A stretch of DNA of 31,867 bases, taken from Promethearchaeota archaeon. GTDB taxonomy: Archaea; Asgardarchaeota; Lokiarchaeia; Sigyniarchaeales; SOKP01. Of the stretch, positions 26,383 through 31,867 are shown one piece after another. The position numbers were made by a program, and so were the translations under genes. The stretch covers positions 1 to 31,867 of the forward strand of contig RDOA01000044.1 in the NCBI GenBank assembly GCA_011364925.1. The letters run 5' to 3'. The notes below the pieces were generated by a model. That model did no database searches and was not told the origin of the DNA. It saw only the letters and a list, made by a program, of their open reading frames with translations. Within the stretch, counting starts at the first letter, position 1, and each line of letters starts with the position of its first letter.

Positions 26383-26464
26383 AAGTTCTTTTTATAAGCA
26401 GAACATTACCGCAAATTGTTTATCCATAGGTTAATTTTTATACTAAAGTTAACTATTAGATTAA

Positions 26465-26983
26465 GTGTATGAAATTATGATAAATCCAGAAGAATTTTTG
26501 AAATTTCTTAAAGAACGAAGGAGTATTCGAAGTTTCCTCGATAAAGAAATCCCTGACAAAGAGATTGAAATGATACTTGAAGCGGGGAGATGGGCTCCAA
26601 GTGCTTCAAATAAACAACCTTGGGAATTTATTGTAATCAAGGACAAAGAATTCAAATTAAAAGTTTCTAAAACTGCTGCATACGGAAGGTTCATGAAACA
26701 GGCACCAGTATTAATTGCGATAATAGGAAAAACTCGAATTAGCCCAAAATGGTATATCATTGATACATCCTTAGTTACCATGAATATGATGCTAATGGCT
26801 TGGTCATTAGGACCAATTGGAACATGTTGGATTGGATCAATGAATAGGGAAAGGGCAAGAGACATTCTGAAATTAAGTGAAACGGATTATGTTGCAACTA
26901 TCTTGCCTTTTGGATATCCAGAAGGAGAAATTCCTAGCCCAACAGCAAGAAAAAGCAAAGAAAAATTAGTTAAAGAGATTTAA
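26465..26983 (+). CDS. Nitroreductase family protein
   Basis: RRSIRSF, ILEAGRWAPSASNKQPWEF, APVLI, MMLMAWSLG.IGTCWIG, PFGYP; start GTG 26465 or ATG 26477. Confidence 0.94.
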   Translation: MYEIMINPEEFLKFLKERRSIRSFLDKEIPDKEIEMILEAGRWAPSASNKQPWEFIVIKDKEFKLKVSKTAAYGRFMKQAPVLIAIIGKTRISPKWYIIDTSLVTMNMMLMAWSLGPIGTCWIGSMNRERARDILKLSETDYVATILPFGYPEGEIPSPTARKSKEKLVKEI

Positions 26984-26986
26984 TCA

Positions 26987-28159
26987 TTAATTTGAGATAT
27001 TTAATGTCAAATCTTCTATATTTTCTGGTGCTTTTGTTAACTTAATATATCCGTCATTCGTTATCAACACAGAATCAGAATGACGAAAACCTCCTATACC
27101 CGGAATATAAATCCCAGGTTCAATACTGATTAACATATTTGGCTCAAGTGGTTTGTCATAGCCTTCAGCTAAGTAAGGTGCTTCATGACCTGTGATTCCC
27201 AGACCATGTCCAGTTCTATGAATTATATAATCACCATAACCTTTGTCTGTGATAAATTTTCTTACTTTATGATCTATCTCACTCATTAATGTTCCAGGTT
27301 TTAACAAATTATAGGCTAATTCTCTAGCGTGGAACATCACCTCAAAAGGTTCCTTAACTTTTTCAGGCACATGTCCCAAGAAGAATGTTCTTTCTAACTC
27401 TACTCCATATCCATCTACTTGGGCAGATACGATAGACACATGTGGTCCCCCCTCTTCCATCTCAGCAAAAATCTTTGGGATAATATGTGGATCATGAGAA
27501 AAAGATGGTGGCCACACTGCTGCAACAGTTTTACAGACTATGAAATTTGCGTCTGGAATATCCATAATTATTTTTGAAGTCATAGACCCTGTAATTTTTT
27601 GATATAGAGCAAACTCGTGCATCCCTGGTTTACACATTTTCAGAAGTTCTTTATGTCCTTTATTTACAATTTTACAAGCATGCACGCATCTTCCCACTTC
27701 GTAATCTGATTTAATTATGCGGATCTCTTCTATTATATCTGTAATCACTTTAGTTCCAGGAGTTTTTTCGGCTATTCCTGAGGGCATTGCTGCTTCTATT
27801 CCAACAATTTTATCCTTTTCAAATAGACTACGGTAAATATCATACCAATTTTGCCCTTGAGGTGCTGGAAATTCGTAATAGCTGTGAAACTCGAGTTCTC
27901 CTAAAGCTCTCGATTCAACATGACTTTTTTCAAGAAGTGGTACAACCATTTTAGGTATTCCTTCTCTTTCTATAATGAGAATAAATGGTCGTTCGTGTAC
28001 GTTATTAGCAAAGTTTGTTAAGTAATAGATGTTAACCGGATCGAATGAAACATAGTAATCCAAATTTTCTTCAACCATCTTGTTTCTAACTCTCTCTAAT
28101 CTATCTGAGAGCTCGTCTATACTAGGTGGTGTAGTAATACCTTTAATTTTAATACTCAT
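26987..28159 (-). CDS. M24 family Xaa-Pro peptidase / creatinase-like hydrolase
   Basis: N-terminal creatinase domain (NIYYLTNF), RIIKS..E, ERTFFLG, HRTGHGLG...HEAP, ISIEPGIY, GGFRHSDSV. Confidence 0.9.
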   Translation of the reverse strand: MSIKIKGITTPPSIDELSDRLERVRNKMVEENLDYYVSFDPVNIYYLTNFANNVHERPFILIIEREGIPKMVVPLLEKSHVESRALGELEFHSYYEFPAPQGQNWYDIYRSLFEKDKIVGIEAAMPSGIAEKTPGTKVITDIIEEIRIIKSDYEVGRCVHACKIVNKGHKELLKMCKPGMHEFALYQKITGSMTSKIIMDIPDANFIVCKTVAAVWPPSFSHDPHIIPKIFAEMEEGGPHVSIVSAQVDGYGVELERTFFLGHVPEKVKEPFEVMFHARELAYNLLKPGTLMSEIDHKVRKFITDKGYGDYIIHRTGHGLGITGHEAPYLAEGYDKPLEPNMLISIEPGIYIPGIGGFRHSDSVLITNDGYIKLTKAPENIEDLTLNISN

Positions 28160-28274
28160 AATTTTCTCATAAATTACAATTAGAAAACTATTTTTGGATA
28201 GGAATTATTAACTATAAAACTTATTCTAAATCTATTAACTCTGCAAATTCAAGGAAATAATTATAGCAATAATC

Positions 28275-28345
28275 TTTATATAATGCCAAAATCGTTATTT
28301 ATTAATTTAAAAAAAACACTTAATTACTTAATACATATATGGAGG
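28275..28345 (+). promoter_or_regulatory. Candidate TATA box and SD sequence of the abfD-like gene
   Basis: TTTATATA at 28275-28282 and GGAGG at 28341-28345 upstream of ATG 28359. Confidence 0.45.
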
Positions 28346-28358
28346 TTAAGGTAAGAAA

Positions 28359-29903
28359 ATGAAAACTTTTGACGATTATTACAATAGACTTCTTAAAATG
28401 AAACCAAATATCTATATTGGAAAAGAAGTAGTCGGAAGAGACGACCCTAGATTAAGAGGAGGAATGAATATTATAAAGGTCACTTTTGATTGTGCTCATG
28501 ACGAAGATTACCAAGATTTATGCATAGCAAAGTCTCACCTAACAGGAAAGGAAATTAATCGGTTTACACACATTCATCAGAACGAAGAAGATTTATTAAA
28601 GAAACAATTAATGACTCGCCTACTCTGTCATCGAGTTGGGGGTTGTATTCAGAGGTGTATGGGAATTGATGCGCTAAACGCACTCTCGGTAATCACTTAT
28701 GAGCTGGATCAAGCTCTTGGTACTGACCATTACGAGAGATTTACAAAATATCTGGAGTATTTTCAAGAAAACGATTTAGTAGGAAGTGCAGCACAAACAG
28801 ATGCTAAAGGTGATCGCCTAAAGAGACCTCATGAACAAGTTGATCCAGATCAATATCTGCGAGTTATTGAAACGCGAGAAGATGGTATCGTTGTTCGGGG
28901 TTGTAAGATTAATATCACTAATAGCCCTTATGCCGACGAACTGATCGTAATCCCATGTAGGTATATGGGTCCAGATGATAAAGATTATGCCGTTGCATTT
29001 GCTTTACCCGCAGATTGGGATGGAGTAAAATTACTCACAAGACCAGCAAGTTTTAGGTTAGGTGAACATCTAGATTCACCCGCAGCAAAATTCGGGGACG
29101 CAGAAACTTTTATTATTTTTGATGATGTTTTTGTTCCAAATGAAAGAGTGTTCTTAAATGGTCATGGAGATCCCAGACAAACGGCATACGCTGGTTTTTT
29201 AGCGCTAATGTTTGCTCATTATCATCGACATAGTTATACAGGATGTAAGCCAGCTGTATCCGAAGTAATAGCCAGCGCAGCAGCGTTAGTAGCAGAATAT
29301 AATGGTATTGAAAAAACTTCTCATGTTCAAGATAAGATCTCCCATCTTATTGGTACTGCAGAACTTGTTTTTGCGGCAGGAGAATCGAGTGCAAAGCATT
29401 CCGAAAAAGCACCATCAGGTACTCAAGTCCCTGATGAAATTTTAACTAACGCTGGAAGAAGACTTGCTGGAGAAATGATTTACGAAGAATATAAGATACT
29501 AGCAGACCTCTCCGGTGGTTTGATTGCAACATTGCCTTTCGAAGATACATTCTTTTCTGAGGAGACTGGAGAACTTGCTATGAAATACATGCAAAGAAAT
29601 CCAAGAGTTAAACCTGAGAATGTTTTGCGTTGCTTCAAAGGCATTGAAGCTTTTGCGGTATCGGATATTGCTGGAGTTCTACAAGTTGCCGGTTTACACG
29701 GTGGAGGAAGTCCTGCTATGGAAACAATTACTATGATGATGAGATACGATCTTGAAAAATTGAAAGATATTTCGAAGTATCTTTTTGGAATCAAGCCTAA
29801 ACTAAAAAGATACGAAAGACCAACTGTCACTCCCCGAAAGCAACTCGAGAAGTTCCGAAAAGCTATGCAAGGAAAAAAATTAGAAAAAGATTTATGCAAT
29901 TAG
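28359..29903 (+). CDS. abfD: 4-hydroxybutyryl-CoA dehydratase / vinylacetyl-CoA isomerase-like protein (AbfD/HpaB family)
   Basis: INRFTHI, CIQRC (CxxxC), QTDAKGDR, FDDVFVP.ERVF, HYHRHSYTGCK (His and Cys Fe-S ligands), LHGGGSP; ligand set favours the AbfD branch over HpaB. Confidence 0.85.
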   Translation: MKTFDDYYNRLLKMKPNIYIGKEVVGRDDPRLRGGMNIIKVTFDCAHDEDYQDLCIAKSHLTGKEINRFTHIHQNEEDLLKKQLMTRLLCHRVGGCIQRCMGIDALNALSVITYELDQALGTDHYERFTKYLEYFQENDLVGSAAQTDAKGDRLKRPHEQVDPDQYLRVIETREDGIVVRGCKINITNSPYADELIVIPCRYMGPDDKDYAVAFALPADWDGVKLLTRPASFRLGEHLDSPAAKFGDAETFIIFDDVFVPNERVFLNGHGDPRQTAYAGFLALMFAHYHRHSYTGCKPAVSEVIASAAALVAEYNGIEKTSHVQDKISHLIGTAELVFAAGESSAKHSEKAPSGTQVPDEILTNAGRRLAGEMIYEEYKILADLSGGLIATLPFEDTFFSEETGELAMKYMQRNPRVKPENVLRCFKGIEAFAVSDIAGVLQVAGLHGGGSPAMETITMMMRYDLEKLKDISKYLFGIKPKLKRYERPTVTPRKQLEKFRKAMQGKKLEKDLCN

Positions 29904-29967
29904 AATTTTCTTATTCTTGTTAATTTTTTATTTTTAATATCCAATTGATCGGATTTAACCTAAATAA

Positions 29968-30735
29968 CTATTCTTTTTTAACAAACTTCTCTAATCTTTT
30001 TTTAAGCTCTTCTGATTGACCCGTTGTGATCATTGCGATGGACTCACGAGCTAAGACTGATTCAATGCTTAAATCTTGGTTTTCATGAATAAACGATTTT
30101 GTGTATTTTAATGCTAAATGATCCTTGGAAACTATCATATTTGCTGTTTTTTTAAGAATTCTTGGTAAACTTGGAGTAGGACATACTTGATTAACTAACC
30201 CTATTTTATACGCCTCTTCTGCGTTAACTTCTTTTCCCATAATCATTAATTCTTTGGCCCTCCCTTCCCCTATTATTCTAGGTAGAAGTTTAGTTGAAGC
30301 GTTTGAGAAAAATAAACCTATTCCTACTTCAGGGAGCATAATTCTTGTGTCTTCAGCCGCGATTTTATAATCGCAGACAAGAGTATGCTCGAAACCGCCC
30401 CCAATCACCCACCCATGATAACCTACTATTATGATACCGGGATGAGCAATCATTTTTCGGGTTAAAATTTGCCATGATTCAAGATACTCTACAGCTTCCG
30501 CTAGGCGCTCTTTACTTGTTAGTAACTCGAATCCATATTTTAGATCAGCTCCTACTGTAAAATGCTTACCATTAGCAGCATAGATAATGCAGACATCATT
30601 ATTCTCGATACTTGTTTCAAAGAGTTCAATTAGGTTCTTTAATACTTCTAATGTAATTGTGTTTCTTTCTTCAGGTTTATTTAAGGTAATCGTACCAATA
30701 TCTCCACTTTTTTCGTATAATACTATATCTTTCAT
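29968..30735 (-). CDS. Enoyl-CoA hydratase/isomerase (crotonase) family protein
   Basis: ITLNKPE.RN, FTVGADL, GGGFE, PEVGIG, LPRIIG..RAKEL, AEEAYKIGLVN. Confidence 0.93.
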   Translation of the reverse strand: MKDIVLYEKSGDIGTITLNKPEERNTITLEVLKNLIELFETSIENNDVCIIYAANGKHFTVGADLKYGFELLTSKERLAEAVEYLESWQILTRKMIAHPGIIIVGYHGWVIGGGFEHTLVCDYKIAAEDTRIMLPEVGIGLFFSNASTKLLPRIIGEGRAKELMIMGKEVNAEEAYKIGLVNQVCPTPSLPRILKKTANMIVSKDHLALKYTKSFIHENQDLSIESVLARESIAMITTGQSEELKKRLEKFVKKE

Positions 30736-30772
30736 AAATTAGCACTCTCTTTATCTTGTTTTGGATTATCTA

Positions 30773-31768
30773 TTATAATTCTTGTTTTTTATAATTTATT
30801 ACGATCATTGCTAAAATCACAATGAAGGAACCTATTATATTCCAAATCCCAATTACATCATATCGTTGAAATATAAATGAAAAAATAAGGGTTATGAATG
30901 GTTGCAAATAGAGAAATGAAGCAACGCTTGATGATCTCAACTTTTTAAGCGAGTAATTCCAGATATAATACCCAATTACAAAAGCTCCTAATCCCAAGTA
31001 TAAAGCGCACAGGAAGACTATAGGATTTAAGAGATTACTCAAAAAGATGTTAAAATCTCCCGTAATCAGATTGAGTATAATGAATTCTAAGCAACCCAGA
31101 ATGGAAATGTTCCTTAGGTTATGAAAATCTGATCTATTATTACTGAATTGGCTCGCTTTTTTGATTGCTATGGCATAAAACGACCACATCAATGGCGCTA
31201 AAAGGGCAAGAATATAACCTAAAAAATTAGGGGAAGTTGGCTGAAGAATTCCTATGTTCCCTCCCGTAATTAATAAAAAAGCTCCAAAAGAAGCAACAAT
31301 AAAACCCACTCCTTTGTTAATAGTTAATTTCTCTTTGAAAATAAAAAGTGAAAGGATCGTAATAAGAATTGGATTGATTAAACAATCAGTAAGAACGGGT
31401 AACGATGGGCCGATTAATGAAATTGCTGAATAAATAACAAATAGGTATAATGACACTCCTGCTAAACTTGCTAGTACTATACACAACCAGTAATTTCTCT
31501 CCGAATCTTTATTAATAGTATTGCCGATCGTTAAAGTCTCTTTATCGGATTTTTTCCTGCTAAGATATAAATCAATTAAAATCATCGTAATAGAGGCAAG
31601 AATTAACCGATAGAAAGCTATCGATAACGGTGTAACGAATTCTAGAGCTATATCTACTATAATAAACGAAAAACCCCAGAAAAATATCATTACAAAAAGT
31701 AAGGCATATATGAGTAGCATATTTTGCTTGAAAAAGTAACTAAGTTGTGATTTAATCAGATTAAACAA
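30773..31768 (-). CDS. DMT/EamA family transporter
   Basis: FWGFSF, P..IAFYRL, KEKL, G...A..G, L.WSFY, YYIWN..L, YLQP; about 10 TM helices in two repeats; alternative ATG at 31720. Confidence 0.92.
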   Translation of the reverse strand: MFNLIKSQLSYFFKQNMLLIYALLFVMIFFWGFSFIIVDIALEFVTPLSIAFYRLILASITMILIDLYLSRKKSDKETLTIGNTINKDSERNYWLCIVLASLAGVSLYLFVIYSAISLIGPSLPVLTDCLINPILITILSLFIFKEKLTINKGVGFIVASFGAFLLITGGNIGILQPTSPNFLGYILALLAPLMWSFYAIAIKKASQFSNNRSDFHNLRNISILGCLEFIILNLITGDFNIFLSNLLNPIVFLCALYLGLGAFVIGYYIWNYSLKKLRSSSVASFLYLQPFITLIFSFIFQRYDVIGIWNIIGSFIVILAMIVINYKKQEL

Positions 31769-31867
31769 GGATTCTTAAATATAAGATTAAATAACATAAG
31801 ACCAAAATATAATTTATGGTATTGGAAAATTTGGAACCTAAAATTGTATGGGATATTTTCGAAAATG

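Noticed and set aside
555-29899. Short overlapping ORFs in the track (e.g. 555-749, 1488-1766, 2883-3071, 3800-3982, 4807-5085, 6406-6645, 8063-8293, 9338-9568, 10358-10540, 11715-11987, 12474-12671, 13292-13483, 14909-15112, 16291-16521, 18577-18813, 19690-20516, 23703-23903, 25225-26072, 26461-26865, 29480-29899)
   Set aside because: Antisense or alternate-frame shadows of well-supported genes, with no recognisable motifs
1-31867. Mobile elements, CRISPR arrays, rRNA/tRNA genes
   Set aside because: No transposase, integrase or cas ORF, no terminal repeats and no GC-rich structured RNA segment recognised by eye; a covariance-model scan was not run

Overview
AT-rich archaeal chromosomal window whose gene content points to an Asgard archaeon, most likely Lokiarchaeia (inference, no database search run). 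It carries eukaryotic-signature genes (a Rab-like small GTPase, two roadblock/LC7 proteins, a gelsolin-like protein) and a shuffled version of the conserved archaeal information-processing cluster (rpo7, spt4, DUF359, eS24, eS31, kae1, bud32, eS28, L7Ae, rpo10, eL24, eS6). Metabolic genes include a GH3 glycosidase, M28/M20/M24 peptidases, Fae-Hps, an AbfD-type dehydratase, a crotonase, a nitroreductase, a B12 radical SAM enzyme, and ABC and EamA transporters. No rRNA, tRNA, CRISPR array or mobile element was recognised. The most unusual locus is 21.7-26.4 kb. It has (i) a TrmB-like protein whose HTH and PLD-like domains are separated by about 520 helical residues with an aromatic/basic motif (KKGFFWMGKKKKYK) at the midpoint, suggesting a long hairpin that could tether DNA to membrane. 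Divergent from it is (ii) a surface protein with a juxtamembrane HF/S autoproteolysis-like motif, followed by a membrane-spanning double-wHTH regulator whose ectodomain looks paralogous, with a candidate operator next to the TATA box. Also found: an eS28 gene absent from the ORF track because it lacks an in-frame canonical start, and a small gene apparently split by a -1 frameshift at a T run.
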